Assembly: GCA_963575745.1 (NCBI GenBank)
Contig: CAUYUJ010000225.1
Location: 558,001-622,000 of the forward strand
Source of the DNA: Prorocentrum cordatum
Taxonomy: Eukaryota
Length of the DNA: 64,000 nucleotides
Direction of reading: 5' to 3'
Shown here: one piece after another, positions 43,816 through 58,165 of the stretch
Layout of the letters: the number at the start of each line of letters is the position of its first letter
Numbering within the stretch: the first letter of the stretch is position 1
The notes under the pieces: model-generated
Told to the model about the DNA's origin: nothing
The model's input: only the letters and a program-made list of their open reading frames with translations
The model's database searches: none
Position numbers and translations under genes: made by a program

Positions 43816-44195
43816 TACATCTACATCTACACTTTCGCATTGGTTTTGCTTTTGCTTTGCATTGCCTTGCCTTAGCTGTTGCTTTTGTTGTTGCTGTTGT
43901 TTTTGCTTTGCATTGTGTTCGCTTTTGCTGGATTTTGTTTTTGCTTTGCCTGCGCACAGACACACACACACGCATGTTTTCGCATTCGCTCACCGGGTGT
44001 GCTCAACATCTACAGTTACACCTACACCTACACCTACATCTACATCTACATCCACATCTTCAGCTAAGCTAAGCTAAGCTGAGCTATGCTATGCCATGCT
44101 ATCTTATGTTATGGTGCGCTATGCTATGCTAAGCTAAGCTATGTTATGCTATGCTGCGCTTTGCTTTGTCTTGCTTTGCTGTGCACCCAGCGACA

Positions 44196-44423
44196 GCAGG
44201 CTGTTCAGCACTGCTCGCGGCTCCTGCAAGAGCTGCAGGCTGTTCAGCACTGCTTGCACTAGGTTCAACACTGCTCGCGGCTCCTGCAAGAGCTGCAGGC
44301 TGTTCAGCACTGCTCGCAGTTCCTGCAAGAGCTGCAGGCTGTTCAGCACTGCTTGCAAGAGCTGCAGGCTGTTCAGCACTGCTCGCGGCTCCTGCAAGAG
44401 CTGCAGGCTGTTCAGCACTGCAG
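44196..44423 (+). repeat. 39-bp tandem repeat GCAGGCTGTTCAGCACTGCTCGCGGCTCCTGCAAGAGCT with deletion variants
   Basis: About 6 units read directly. Confidence 0.9.
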
Positions 44424-44454
44424 GTTTCTGCTGTTGCTTTGCCTTTGCTTTGCT

Positions 44455-45190
44455 GCTATGCTATGCTATGCTATGCCGCGCTATGCTATGTTATGATATG
44501 CTATGCTTTGCTATGCTGCGCTATGCTTTGCTATGCTGCGCTATGCTATGCTATGCGATGCTAGGGTACGCTCGGCTGCGCGGTGTTATGCTAGGCTATG
44601 ATATGCTGCGCGATGCTATGCTATGATATGCTATGCTATGTTATGCTGCGCTATGCTATGCTATGCTATGCTATGCTATGCTGCGCTATGCTATGCTATG
44701 CTAGGCTATGCTATGATATGGTATAATGCGCTATGCTATGATTTGCTATGCTATGCTGCGCTATGCTATACCATGATATGTTATGATATGATATGCTATG
44801 ATATGCTGCGCTATGCTATGCTAATCTAAGATATGGCATGATATGATATAGCCTGTTATGCTAGGCTATGCTATGATGTGCTATGATATGCTTTGATGTG
44901 TTGCGCTATGCTATGCTGCGCCATGATATAGTATGATATGCTATGATATGCTATGCTATGCTGTGCTATGCTATGCTATGCGATGCTATGCTATGCGATG
45001 CTCAGCTAAACTAAGCTAAGATAAGCCAAGCTAAGCTAAGCTAGGCTAGGCTGAGCTAAGCTAAGCTAAGCTGAGCTAGGCTAGGCTAGGCTAGGCTAGG
45101 CTAAGCTAAGCTAAGCTAAGCTAAGCTAAGCTAAGCTAAGCTAAGTTAATTTAGGCTAAGCTAAGATGATATAAGCAACGCTAAGCTAAG
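44455..45190. repeat. (CTATG)n grading into (GCTAA)n pentamer satellites
   Basis: Direct reading. Confidence 0.95.
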
Positions 45191-47458
45191 GGAACGTCAC
45201 TGGGGGAACCGCGGGGCGGGTCCTGGGGGAACCGCCCAGAGCGGGTTCCACTGCCCGGCCCTTTAAGCCCACACAGTAAGAACCCTTCTAGGCAGAGCCT
45301 AGGTAGGGAACAAACATAAAAAAATGCTAGGTGCAGGCGCTCAGCAGGCTGCAGTCACCGACACTGGCGTCGCTCTGGGCCGTGGATTCGACGTACTTGG
45401 AGTTCCTGGGGTCTGCTGAACTTGGCATGTTCTCCCCGACTGGTGCAGCCGGCGGTGCTGCTTCGACACCTCGGCGGGAACGTGCCCCGCCATGCGTGGC
45501 TTGTTCCCCCATCCTCGGCGAAAGCCCAGCACGCTGCTGCCCAGGATGCAGCCAGAGAAGCGCGCGATCGAGCCGGAGGCGCCGCGACCTGCTCGCCATA
45601 TGCGGACGGACACTGGAGCGTTCCACTGAGCGTCGACCCACTGGAGGGGTGCACCCGCTGGAAGGGTAGGAGGCGGGGGGGGCGCAGCAGCAACAGCCGG
45701 AAGAACTGGAGGCGGAACGGCAGTGCGCCAGCTACACCATGCTCCGAAGCTGGCCAGGCCCACACGGGGTCCGGCGCAGGGATGGCGCGCTCTGCTCGCC
45801 AGGGGGGGCGCTTGCTGTGGGTGGCGGCGCTGGCCTTGGGGGAGATCTGGCCCCAGGGTCTCTCCAGCACGCCGACGTTGTGATTGTCTCACAGCGTGGG
45901 CCCTCGGAGATCTGGACCCCTTCCCCCGGACTGGCTTTTCATCCTGAGCCACTGCTTGGCCAGTTCAATCCCGAGCCACTTGGAAATGCAACCCTGGCCA
46001 TCAAGGGATGCCAGGGAAATCAATCCTTGGCCTTCCTTCGCTCTTCTGCAGTGCCATCTGTTCTGCAGCATCCTCTGCGTCGCGCGTTCCACAGAAAAGC
46101 CTGGGACCCCGAGGCGCACGGCAGGCTCGTGCCGTGACGACCCCCGCGCGTTGGCTTCTGACGCCGCGTGCACCGTTCCATCTTGGACGATCGGCGGCTT
46201 CTCGACCGCCAGACCCCTCCACATTGGCCGATGCTCGGCCACTGGCGGCGCTCATCCCCGGCACGCCCGAGAGGCGGGGCCGCCGCCGCGCCGACGCGGC
46301 ACGGACCTGCCGACACGACGCGCGCTGCCCCATTCAGCAGCCCCGCCGCCCGCCAGCGCTCCGTCCCCGGGGCGGCCGCGGTGGCCCGGGGCGGGTGGCC
46401 CGAGCGCGATGCCGGGTCTGCTCGCCCTCGGGGCGGCGAGGGAACCTTCTGCCGCAGCTCGTGGGAGCCTCCCATGCCATCTTGCTGGCCCTCACGAGTC
46501 GACGCTGCTCGGTGTGGAATCGATGCTCGTCGACGCCGATCGGCTCTGGGTCGGCGCTGTCTCATGGACTGCCAGGAGCTGGCGCGCGCGAGTGCACTCC
46601 AAAGACGGCACTTCGAGGACATGCAAAGCTCCCATGCGTTGCTACCAAACGAACCGAAGCCCACTGTCGTCTTCCAGCTTTGCCAGCTCGTCGCATACCT
46701 CGCACGCACCCTCTGGCCGAAGGCCCCATGCGGCCCTCCTGCATCTCCCCCTTCCCCGTGGTCCTCCTCCTGCTTCTCCCCCCATCCGCTAAGGTCGCCT
46801 CACGATGCGGGTAGATTGGCAGCGCCTTGCATGGATCCTCGTCCGCCGCGGCTGCATCTCCTCGCCCATTTTCCTTGCGAGCAACGCGCGGGCAAAACAA
46901 GTACACATGATGGGGATCCCAACGGGTGCGCTGATTCTTCCTCTAGAATGTGACGATGTGTGTGCGTCTGTGCGTGCGTGCATCCGTGTTTGTATATGTG
47001 TGCGTGTCCGCTGGCAGGTCTATGTGTAGAGTATGCACGTGTGCGACTCTGCGTCCGAGAGAGTCTGTCCGCCCCTCATGAATTTGATTGGGTATGTAGA
47101 CGCATGCTGGCGCGCCTCCATGCGTGGATACATCTACCACTGCCGACGAACCTGCACGTTGTTGCAAATAAACCTCTTGGATTCGATGAGCAAGACATTA
47201 CGATTAATTAAAAACTGGACGTACACTCCTGGGCCACCACCCTGGCCTTGCGCTGACGAGCCTCGGGGACACCCCATGTCCAGGACTGGACTCTGTGCCC
47301 CACAAAGGAAGGGGTTCGTGGTACTCCTCCGGGCGTTTTTTCTCCACACGACTTCTGCACGATCGGCCTAAAGATTAAGGAATACTTTGCAAGCCAAGCT
47401 GGTATCACCACACCCCGCCACCTTCCCCTCAAAAACACCATGCGGTGCACATGCGTTG

Positions 47459-47489
<31 letters not shown>

Positions 47490-48107
47490 ACAGATGCGTA
47501 TATAGAGTACATCTATATGTATATATGCCATGCGGACAACGTGCGCGCGCCGCCGAGCGCGCATGACAAAATCATTCAAAACACAATTGCTTGTTTAACA
47601 CGCTCAACAACCAACACATGGCCTTCAACGACAAATTCCAGACTCCTCAATCTCGCGCGCACTCGCTGAAATCGCACGCAAGCAAGATGTGTTCGACAAT
47701 TTGTCAAATGAGAACATGCGGGCCACACGGGTACAAAACATGGAAGCATCGCGCACCCGCCAACTCTGTCAAATAACACCATGCGGGCCGGTGCGAGTCT
47801 CCACACGCGCACGCCGAAATCCTTCCACTACCGCATGTGTTCTCAGCATTTCAACACGGAGGTGTTCAGAGGCATACGAACACCCAGTAGATGCAACGAT
47901 GAAGCATGCGACAACATATCAAGATTTCTCAGCGCGCTCACCTCCTCGTCTTTCTCATCCGCGCCATTGTTTTCACCATCGCTAGAGTCATCCTCCATCG
48001 TGGACATCATCGCCATCGTCGATGTCGTCGTAATCGTCATCATCGCCATCGCCACCACCACCGCCATCATCATCAGCATCATCAGCATCATCACCATAAC
48101 GTGGATC

Positions 48108-49307
48108 GGAGGTTGGGGGGTGAGATCGAAGTGGAACGGAGAGCCCCCCTACCGGGAAATCGATTTCGGTTTCGTGTTCGTGCGTGCCGTGCGGGCGAGG
48201 CGAAGCTGCGTGGGCGGGCGAGAGAAACTCTCCTGTGGCTGAGGCGCGGCCGGATCAAATGTCTCCCTTCTGGGCGGCCGGGGGCCCGCGGTGTCCCGCC
48301 AGTGTCCCGCTGGTGTCCCGTGTGGCTGAGGCGCGGCCGGACCAAATGACTCCCTTCCGGGCGGCCGGGGGCCCGCGGTGTCCCGCCGGTGTCCCGTCGG
48401 TGCCTCGTCGGTGTCCCGATAATGATGATGTTGATGATGATCATGATGGGTGTGTTGATGGTGATGATGATGACGATGATGGTGTCCTGGTGATGATGAT
48501 AATGATGCTGATGATGATGATGATGATGAGATGACGATGATGTTGATGTTCTGCCCGTTGTTGTTGATGATGAAGTTGGTAATGCTGATGCTGCTGATGA
48601 TGATTATGGTATCCCGATGATGATGATTATGACGGTGGTGATGATGATGGTGATGGTGATGGTGTACCGATGATGATATTGATGATGATGTTGGTGATGA
48701 TGATGCTGCTGATGATGATGGTGTCCCGATGATGTTGATGATGCTGTTGATGATGATGATGATTATAATGAGCTGATGATGATGATGATGATGATGATGG
48801 TGTCCCGATGTTGTTGATGATGTTGACGATGACAACGATGGTGACCATGATGGTGTCCCGATGATGATGATGCTGATGGTGATGATGACGATGGCTGTGT
48901 CTCGCTGGTGATGTTGATGATGTTGTTGATGATGAGATGACGACGATGTTGATGTTTCTGCCCGTTGTTGTTGATGACGATATTGGTAATGATGATGCTG
49001 CTGATGATGATTATGGTATCCCGATGATGATGATTATGACGGTGGTGATGATGATGGTGATGGTGATGGTGTACCGATGATGAGATTGATGATAATGTTG
49101 GTGACGATGATGCTGCTGATGATGGTGTCCCGATGATGTTGATGATGCTGTTGATTATGATGATGATGATGGTTATTAAATGATGCTGATGATGATGATG
49201 GTGTCCCGATGTTGTTGATGATGTTGACGATGACAATGATGGTGACCATGATGGTGTCCCGATGATGATGATGATGCTGATGGTGATGATGACGAAGGCT
49301 GTGTGCC

Positions 49308-49347
<40 letters not shown>

Positions 49348-49467
49348 TTGCTGACTATGATGAGATGATGATGGGGATGATGATGATGGCCTGATGATGA
49401 TGGCGTTGATGATGATGACGATGATGATGATGACGACAGTGTCCCGATGACGATAAAAATGATGATT

Positions 49468-49505
<38 letters not shown>

Positions 49506-49750
49506 TGTTAGATCGATTGTGATATCGGTAGTGAGATCGATAGTGAGACCGAATGTGAGACCGATTGTGAGATCGATAATCAGATCAATTGTAAGACCGA
49601 GCGAATGAGATATATCGAGTGAGATCGATTGTGAGATCGATCGAGTGAGATCGATCGAGCGAGACCGATAGTGAGATGGATAGTGAGACCGATCGAGTGA
49701 GACGCTGCATCCTCCCCCCCCCGAACCTCCTTATCACCCGAAGGGTGGTC
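48108..49750 (+). mobile_element. Non-autonomous repeat element family 4 (subTIRs, 3' stem-loop, 87-bp duplication, (GAT)n, GAGATCGAT repeats)
   Basis: GGAGGTTGGGGGG (48108-48120) vs CCCCCCGAACCTCC (49717-49730); stem-loop CACCC-GAA-GGGTG (49735-49747); (CAT)n-like sequence on both flanks. Confidence 0.55.
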
Positions 49751-52259
49751 GTATAGGTAACAAAATAATAATCGTCATCAACGTCACCATCGTAATCGTA
49801 ATCGCAATCGTCATCGTCGTCGTCGATGTCGTCGTCACCATCATCACTCGCCCTCCCGAGCCATGGATCTGCATGCGCAGAGTCCGCACCACTTGACGTT
49901 CGCGAGCAAGTTTAGATGGGTGACTGCACTCACGGCCGAGTTGAAGTGTGCCAACGAGTTGTAAGTGGGTGGGTGGAATGTTTGCTCAAGCATGGGAGGT
50001 GGTCACACGCGGTGCAGGTAAAATTTAGACCACACTGATTGCACTACATATTTTTGCCCCTCGGAGATTACACATCCAGCAGGCAAGAACTCACTGTTTG
50101 GGGCCCACGTCGGCCACCACACAATCTCACCTGAACATGTAGCTGCTATACCCGCCACCGTGCTGTCAGGCCCTGAGTAGAGTGTCCTCAGGTTCCCTGG
50201 AGGCCCAGGGGGCCCGCCCAAGAAGTCAGAATCGCTAAACAAACTTAGGATTTATGTTCCTGGCTTTGCAGTCTCAAGATCGTCCCAAACTTCCCCAGCC
50301 TCGGGCACTAGGTGTGTAGCGCGAGCGCAAGTTGCTAAGCTGCCGTTGCTGCCACAGCGCCATCCCAGAGGGACAGGCACCACAAGACAATCAACCACCA
50401 CCATCCCTCAGCCTCCCTCTCGTGATCAGGCAAGAACCAAAGCACGAAACGGTGGACACTTGGCCCCGGACGCTCAAAGTTCAGTCCCCGAAGTGGTGCC
50501 CTGGCAGCACGCAGGGGCGTCCAGCGGCAAGGGCTGCGCTCGGCTGACCAAGAGCAGCTCCGGGAGTCCAGTTTCCGGCATCACGGCGAGGCGTCCGGCC
50601 TGCAAGGGTTGCGCCCGGATGCTCAGCGCAGCCCCAGGGATGAAGCTTCGGGGATGGACAGACCTCCCTTTAGTAAAACCTGGTTCAGTGAAAACGACCT
50701 GAGACCCAAACCTGGCGGGCGCAAGCCTCGAAAATCACGGCCACGGCGCCCTCTCGAGAACCGAGAACGGACAATTCACGAATCGACGTGTCACTGTTGG
50801 GGGTTCTGTCCACCTCCGAAGGCTCTGGCAGCACGAAGAGGCGTCCGGCCGTAAGTGCTGGACGCTCCAGGCGGAAAAACCTCCCCGGAGTCCGCCCAGG
50901 GGCCCAGGCCTCAAGCTTAGTGGACAGCAAGGACCTTCTCTGGGACAAGACTGGCAGGAGAAACGCCTGAATACTAAAGCGTCCGCGCTGGGAACTCGCG
51001 CAGCACGGCTGTGAGTTAAGGGGTAGAGATGGCTTCGCGATCAAAGAATAGTGACGACTCTCCTGGTAAGAAGTGTACTGTTACGCATTGCCACAACTGG
51101 GCAACGGACCCTTTGCGGCCAGGTCATATGATTTTATTTCAAGCGCCATATCATTTACTGAAAACGCCACCAAGTTTGAATTGGGAGGACCCTGGCAGAG
51201 ACATCCATCCGTATATCTTTTTCTTCCAGACAATTTCCGATGTCAGTGAGCTTGCGCGGTCCATTTTCAACGGGTCATTTGTGACCGCGTCAAGAGCCAC
51301 AAGGCTCAGTGAACATCGCCGTAAGCTCGAAACACTAGCTGAGATGATATGCGTGGACACGGAAAACACGTGGAAGGACACGAATCATCACAAGAACGGG
51401 TAAGCACTCGTTCATTCCATTTCTTTATGTCTATACAAGTCCTGTTCAACGTGCAGTAATGGCTGCGCACATCAAGCCACGAAGAAGCGCTGGTCCAAGC
51501 CTGCGCTCCTAGCCCCATGCATTTGCTGGGCACTTCAATCCACTGATCGAGCCAATGATCAGGAGGGAGTTGTGTATACATCTTTGTATTAGCACAAAGA
51601 GAGTTAAAGAGAGGAAGTATGGAGGCAGGAAGCTCAAGCGACGCCTGGAATCTCTCCACGCGTGCGCCTTGCAAGCGCGTGCGCTAGGCACATCCGCAGC
51701 TGCGAATTTCTTCCCCATGCCCAATCAGCACAACGAGGCCAATGTGAAGTCACCAGGCATACCTCGTCACATCTGCAGCGGGGCGAACGAGAGAGCAAAA
51801 AAGCTGACGGTGCCGCAGTGCGCAGAGCCTCCTGGAGGGGAGGCTGACGGGCGCAGGTCGAAGCAGGAAGGAGGAGCGAGAGAGAAAGGGGGACAAAAGG
51901 AGGGAGGACCGTCGAGGACATGGGAGGGAGGGCAGGGGACGAAGGGAGGAGGCGCGCGGGAAGGAAGAGGGTGGGGAGACAGGAGGCGGGCGGAGGGGGG
52001 AGAGGGAAGAGAGGGGAGTGAAGGTGGAGGAGGGATGGACGAGCCAGGAGGGAACAGGGGTGCGGAGGAGAGATGGCACAACAAGGCACAATCGAAAAAC
52101 AAGGAAGGCCCGCGTGGGGAAGAGGGCAAGAGCTGGAAAGAAGGACACTACGGGAAGGAAGAACGGTAGAGAGACATGGACGAAACAGAAAGTAAGAAGG
52201 GGGTGAGGAGACGGGAGACGGGAGAGAGGAGTGATGCAAACTACGCGCACTCACGCCAT

Positions 52260-52830
52260 AACTGACATCCTGCACCCCCCACCCATCCCTTCCCATTGCG
52301 CTGATGCGGTCTGTCCGCCGACGCGTGTCATAGCGGACCCGGAATTCCGAAAAGGACCCCGCCGTCTTTTGTGCAATCGGAAAAGAAGGGAGCTGCGTAC
52401 ATTGGAGGAGGAGGAGGAGGAGGAGGAGGAGGAGGATCTTATTACTCAGCGCCGCGCTGATGGGCCACGGGGATTCTGTGTGAAAGTGCTCGCGTGCTCT
52501 GCATAATTCGGCACACACCGAAGATTTAACGAGTTAAATCGGAAGCATCTTACACGGATCCACAACGAGGATTAGCTGAAGAAGAAGGAAGACGAGGACG
52601 GAGGAGGACGAGGACACACAGCAGCAACAGCAGGAGCTGGAGTAGAAGGAGCTGGAGGAGCAGGAGGACCAGGGGAAGGCAGAGGAGGGGAAAGGAGGGG
52701 GCGACAACCATGAAGAAAGACTGAAATGAAGAAAACTGGGCCGCGCTGGGGCGAGATTGTCATTCAGAACGACTGCGCCGATCCCAAAACGCGGCCCACG
52801 CTGCTGCAGCAACAACGTTTTGAAGCACCG
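52260..52830 (+). repeat. Diverged direct repeat (partner at ~56300-56670)
   Basis: Shared GACATCCT..CCCACCCATCCCTTCC, CCGCCGACGCGTGTC, GAGCTGCGTACATTGGAGGAGG, GGAGCAGGAGGACCAGGGGAAGGC and GGGGGCGACAACCATGA. Confidence 0.8.
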
Positions 52831-52929
52831 AAAACAACCATACTGCATACTAAGTAAGCATGGGAAATGCAAGTGTTACACTCTGCGCGCAAAAAGCAAC
52901 ATGCGGAGAAGGCAGGAAACTCCAAGGCA

Positions 52930-53900
52930 ATCTTCGAGGTCGAGGGAGAAGGGAGATGCCCCGCTAAGCGCGCGGACCCTGGTACAACGCGACGGGGGCG
53001 GAGCTGCTGCCAGCGGGGGCCAAGCAACCTGGAGCGTGTACCCCGAATTCGGTTGGTAGAAATGCTAAACGGGACGTCGGTTCGAAAAGCAGCGCGGATC
53101 CGGGATGCCCCGCTAGGCGCGCGGAGCCTGGTACAACGTGACGGGGGCGGGGCTGTTGCCAGGGCGGGCTGGGCAACCTGGGGTTTGTACCTCCAACAAA
53201 TCTGTTAAAGGCTACACGGGATGGCGGATCGAACAACAGCGTGGATCGGAACTGCCCCGTTCGGCACGCGGAGCCTGGTACAGCATGACGGGGGCGGAGC
53301 TGTTGCCAGCGGGGGCTAGGCAGCCTGGGGATGCTCCGCTAGGCGCGCGCGGGGCCTAACACAACGTGACGGGGGCGGACCTGTTGCCAGCACGGGCTGG
53401 GCAACCTGGGGTTTGCACATTGACTAAAACTGCAGAAGATTAAACGGGACGGCGGGTGAAAAGAACATTTGGATCGGAGATGCCCCCTTAGGCGCGCGGA
53501 GCAGCGTGACGCGGGCGGGGCTGTTGCCAGCGGGGGCCGGGCAACCTGGGGCTCGTAGCCAGAATAAGTCTTTGAAGGCTCAACTGGATGACGGTTCGAA
53601 AAGCAGCGTGGATCGGAGATGCCCCGCTAGGCGCGCGGACCCTGGTACAACGTGACAGGGGCGGAGATGTTGCCAACGGGGGCCAAGCAACCTGGGTTTT
53701 AACCTCCAACACTTTAGTATAAAACCAAGCTGGATAAATACATCGGAGATGTACCATTCGGCGCGCGGAGTTTGGTACAACGTGGCGGGGGCGGGGCTGT
53801 TGCCAGAGGCGACCAGGCAACTGTGTGTTCGTACTCCAATTCAGCTTTAGAAAGATAAGCGGGATGGCGGGTCGAAGACTGCGAGCCACATAAACATTTG
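52930..53900 (+). repeat. ~140-150-bp tandem repeat (GATGCCCCGCTAGGCGCGCGGA...GTTGCCAG...GCAACCTGG)
   Basis: Unit recurs at about 52955, 53104, 53329, 53479, 53618 and 53748; an outlier lies at ~55490-55620. Confidence 0.88.
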
Positions 53901-54559
53901 TTGACAAGAAACTTAACCAAGCTCGGACGTCGATTCTGGCAATCATGAAACATGGGAACAATAGATCTGTGCGCTTCATGCGGGAATTCCTCGAACAAAT
54001 GGTTCGAACTAGGTCCCGAATAATCGAAAACTGAGCGTTTCGCGATGGATTTCCTCGCAACGATGACCTGGAACCGGGTTCGAAGTTATTTCGAAACCAA
54101 AAGGCAGCGACCGTTTCGCGCGGGACTTCTTCGAGAGGATGACTTGGAGCCCCGTTCGCAATCGGTTCGAAAGACTCGAAGGCGAGGGTTTCGCGCAAGC
54201 TTTCCTCGAACATATGATTTGGAACATGGTTCCGAGAAGGTCCGAACCCAGCGAGACAAGAGCACCGCAATAGCACATTTGGGCCAAACTGTACTCAATC
54301 CCATGAGCAATCGCAGAACGCTCTCTGGCAGTGAAGACCTCGTCCATTGTGTCGTCTACAGTGGGCGCACGGCCGCAAGAAACCGTCGCAAGAAACCCAA
54401 CCCTGAAAATCCACAAAGTTTCTTGCCCAGGGTCTGGGTTTCTTGGCCAGGGGCACGAAGCGGAGAAACACAGGGAACCCTGGCCCGAGGAGTTTCTTCG
54501 CGGGTCGCGCTAGGAAAATGCGCGAGTAGTAGCTTCGATGTTGGCCCTCTGGATCCAGG

Positions 54560-55060
54560 CAGATGCAAGAAATTCAAGGTACCCTCGGCGCAGTGAGGTT
54601 TCTTGGGCGTCGGGGGCTGTCTAACGATTTCGCGATTGGCCCTCCGACTCCGCGCGGACGCAAGAAATTCAAAGTACCTTCGGCGAATCGGGGTTTCTTC
54701 GGCTTTTTCGCTTTTGGCCCTCCGCCTTCGCGCGGTTGCAAGAAATTCAAGGTACCTTCGGTGCAGCGGGGGCTCTTTGTGGCGGGGCGTTCTAGCAATT
54801 TCGCTGTTGCCCACCCCCCCCCGACTCCGCTGAGAGGCAAGGAATTCATTTTACGTACCTTCGGCGTAGTAGGGTTTCTTTGGTGGCGGGGCATTCAAAC
54901 AATTTCGCTGTTGGCCCTCCGAATCCACACAGATTCAAGAAATTCAAAGTATCTTCGGCGCAGCGGGGTTTCTTCGGTGGCCGGGCGTTCCAGCCATTTC
55001 GCGATTGGTTCTCCGAGCCCGCGCGGATGCAAGACATTTGAAATGCCCTGAACGCGAGAA
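54560..55060 (+). repeat. ~80-100-bp tandem repeat (GCAAGAAATTCAA(G/A)GTACCTTCGGCG...)
   Basis: Unit at about 54565, 54660, 54738, 54837, 54935 and 55029. Confidence 0.85.
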
Positions 55061-58000
55061 CTTCTTGACGCGAGGGTTTCTTGACGCCCACGGGAAACCA
55101 TCGCGGGCCGCGCGGAGCGAAGAAACCCAAGATGCCCTGACGAAAAACATCTGGTTTCTTGGTACGCGGCCCCACTGTATCCGCCGCTCTTTCAGTAGAC
55201 AGCCTGGCTCAAACCATGCCGACGGTCGCTGACTTGAGAAACCGCTGTACATGTGAAAGATGGACAGACCAGCCCCCACGCAACAAAAAAAAACACCAGG
55301 TAGACAAGACCCACGTTGTGTCCTGGCACAAAACGCGCGCTGGCGAAATGAAGAAACGCGGCGCGACCTCCACCAATGATTGGGTCCGCCCGAACCCCGG
55401 CCGACGAACGGTACAGAGAGCACACAATGTCCCACTGCGGTGTGACAAAAGATCGCATCATGTTTCAAAAGGCTGGCGCAGCGTGGATGGGAGATACCAC
55501 GTTCGGCGCGCGGGGCCTGGTAGAACGTGACGGAGGCGAAACTGCTGCCAGCGGGGGCCGATCAACCTGGGGCTTGAGCCTCCAACTAATTGCCTTATCA
55601 GGCTGAAAGGCATGGCGGTTCGAGAACGGCGAACGGCGTGGAGGTTCCTCGCAAAATAAGTTCGAACCAAGTGAAACACATGTTCAAAGCAATAGAAATC
55701 GGTTCGACACAATAACGTTTCGCGCGGAACTTTTTTCTCGAACATCTGATCCGAACCTGGTTCGAGCTCGGTTCGAAATAATCGAAATCTTTTTTGTTCG
55801 TGCGGGACTTCCTCGAAAAAATACAGCCGATAATATAATCAAGCAAATCATCACTTAAGAAACCCGGGCCTACTTTCCGGACATTTCTTAAGACGATCCT
55901 TCCCCAAGTCATCGTGTAAACGCTGGAGGGGCGAACTCGCTCAAGAAGCTGTGCCAGCTTTCCGGCCAGTTGGCCAAGAAACACTGGCCCAGCTTTTCGA
56001 GAGGAGGCTTCTTAATCAAATCCTCGGTTGCAAGCTGGAACTGGGGTCGAAGTCGGTTCGAACAGTATGACAGCGAACGTGTCGTGCGGGACTTCTTCGA
56101 GAAGATGACTTGAAACCTGATTCGTAATCTGTTCGAAGCAATCGAAAGTGAGCGTTTCGCACAGGACTTCCCTGAACATCTGATTTGGACCTTGGTTCCT
56201 AACATGTTCGCGCCCAGCGAGACAAGAGCAACACGATTGCAAAAGTGGCCTAAACTTTAACCACGCGCATATCGAATTCCTATCAAGCTTGGTGCGCTCG
56301 CGTGACATCCTACCACTCCCACCCATCCCTTCCGATTTCGCAATTTTCAATACATCCGCCGACGCGTGTCGTAGCGGACCTGGAACTCCAAAAAAGACCC
56401 CATCGTGCTATGCGCAATCGGGAAAGCAGAGCTGCGTACATTGGAGGAGGAGGTGGCGGATGAGCCGGAGAAAAACAAAAAATGAGCTGGAGCAGAAGGA
56501 GCGGGAGGAGCAGGAGGACCAGGGGAAGGCGCAGGAGGAGAAAGGGGGGGGCGACAACCATGAGGAAAGACTCGGATGAAGAGAAGTGGCCCGCGCCGGG
56601 GCGAGAGTGCCATTCTGAACAACGGGAGCAAAGCGCCGATCCTAAAATTAAGCACGCGATGCAGCGGCAGCACCATTTAGAAGGAGCAGGAACGGCCGTG
56701 TTGTAAACAAGTCATGGGATAGACAAATCTTTGAAGTCCTGCGTAAGAAGCACCACGCGGAGGGGGGCGGGCTGCTCCCCGGCCATCTTCGGGGGGGAGA
56801 GGAGAGCAGTACGTATGTTGGGTAGTTGTGGAGGGAAGAGAAACCTGGGATGGAAGAGAGATAGAGAGAGAGGGCATGATGGGGTGAGGAGTGAGGAAGG
56901 GGGGGCGGAGAGAGGCAGCCTCTCTCCCCAATTCCTCAGCCTCGGGTCTCAGAGGCGAGCTGAAGACAGTCCTGGGGATCCATATTGGAGCCATCTGGGG
57001 TCCTGTTGAAGCCCTTTTGTGGCCGCTTAGGGCTGTGTTGAAGCCATCTTGGGCCTTCCTGGTATGTCTTGGGATGTCTCGAGGCCGCCCTGGGTCATCT
57101 TGGGCTCGTCCGGAGCGGTCCTGGAGCTCTCTCGGGCCGTCTCGTCTTGGGCTCCCCCCAATGCCCTCCAGGGGGCCATCTGGGAAGCCTCTTGGGGCAT
57201 CTCGGGGCCCTCGTGGGCATCTCTTGGGGCGCTTTCGGCTGCCCGTGGGCTCCTTCGAAGCCTTCTGGGCGCCATGTTGCACCGAAAAGAGAAGGGCCAG
57301 AACAATTTGCAAAAAACATATGAAGACCCACTTGCTTGTCACTGACTTTGTTGAGACCTCCTAGGGCCATCTTGAGATCATATGGGAGCCTCACGGGTCC
57401 TCTTGGGCTCTCCGGGAGTCGTTGGGGAGCTCTCTTGGAACATCTTGGGGAACAGTAGGGCCGTCTTGGCGGCTCCCCGAGCCTCTCCGTCCGCAGGGTT
57501 GGCCGATGCTCCTGTTCCAGGGTCCCAAAGGATCTCGAAGCAGGCCTGAACGCACCCGCAAAGCCGGGGCAGGGACCAAAGGCGAGGGGCAGAGGAGAAG
57601 GGAGCGCGCCCAGGAACACGAAGTACGACCTGTGCTCACGAAAAGCAAGAAGGGACAAGGCAGTCGTTTGCGAAGATGATTACTGACAGAGGGAACAGGA
57701 ACCACAGCATGCGTGCTCATCGGGTCGTGGTCGCGCGGCCGCCAGCCTGTTAGGACGAACGCGTGCCGCACTGAAGCTTACACAACCTCGTCGTCGACCG
57801 CACTGCTTCGGATGCGAGCCAAACGACGCTCTGTGAGCGAAGAGGTCAGCAGGCTGCGCAGCCTGCAGCCGAAAAGTGCGAGCTCCTGGGGACCTCACCT
57901 GCCAGACAGAAGGGACGCGGAGGCCGCCGCCACGACGCGGGCCTGCACTGGTGGGAGGCCGCGGGCCCTGGACGCACGCGGCCTCCGATCCACGACGAGA

Positions 58001-58165
58001 GCCTTCTCCGAGACGCCGGGCGATGGGCGCCGTTGGCCCCGTGCCTGGTGCCGGAGGAGGGCGCCCGAGGCCAGTGTGGGCCGTCGGCCCCACGCCTGCC
58101 ATCAGAGGGGGCGCGCGAGGCGGGGCGCCAAAGCCAGACGCCGCCACGCACCGCGGACCCACGGG

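Larger units (their letters stand above)
41820..45310. mobile_element. Non-autonomous repeat element family 3 (subTIRs; (ACATCT)n, (CTATG)n, (GCTAA)n and 39-bp arrays) with a nested TIR element
   Basis: CCCTACCTAGG (41820-41830) and CCTAGGTAGGG (45298-45308) are perfect inverted repeats. The latter is preceded by CCCTTCTAGG (forming a hairpin) and followed by an A-rich tract. Confidence 0.6.

Noticed and set aside
45320..46950. Several 100-300-aa ORFs and possible minus-strand exons
   Set aside because: No motifs; ORF length is explained by high GC.
49870..51800. Possible decayed LINE endonuclease/RT fragment
   Set aside because: Only faint resemblance; no convincing catalytic motifs in any frame.
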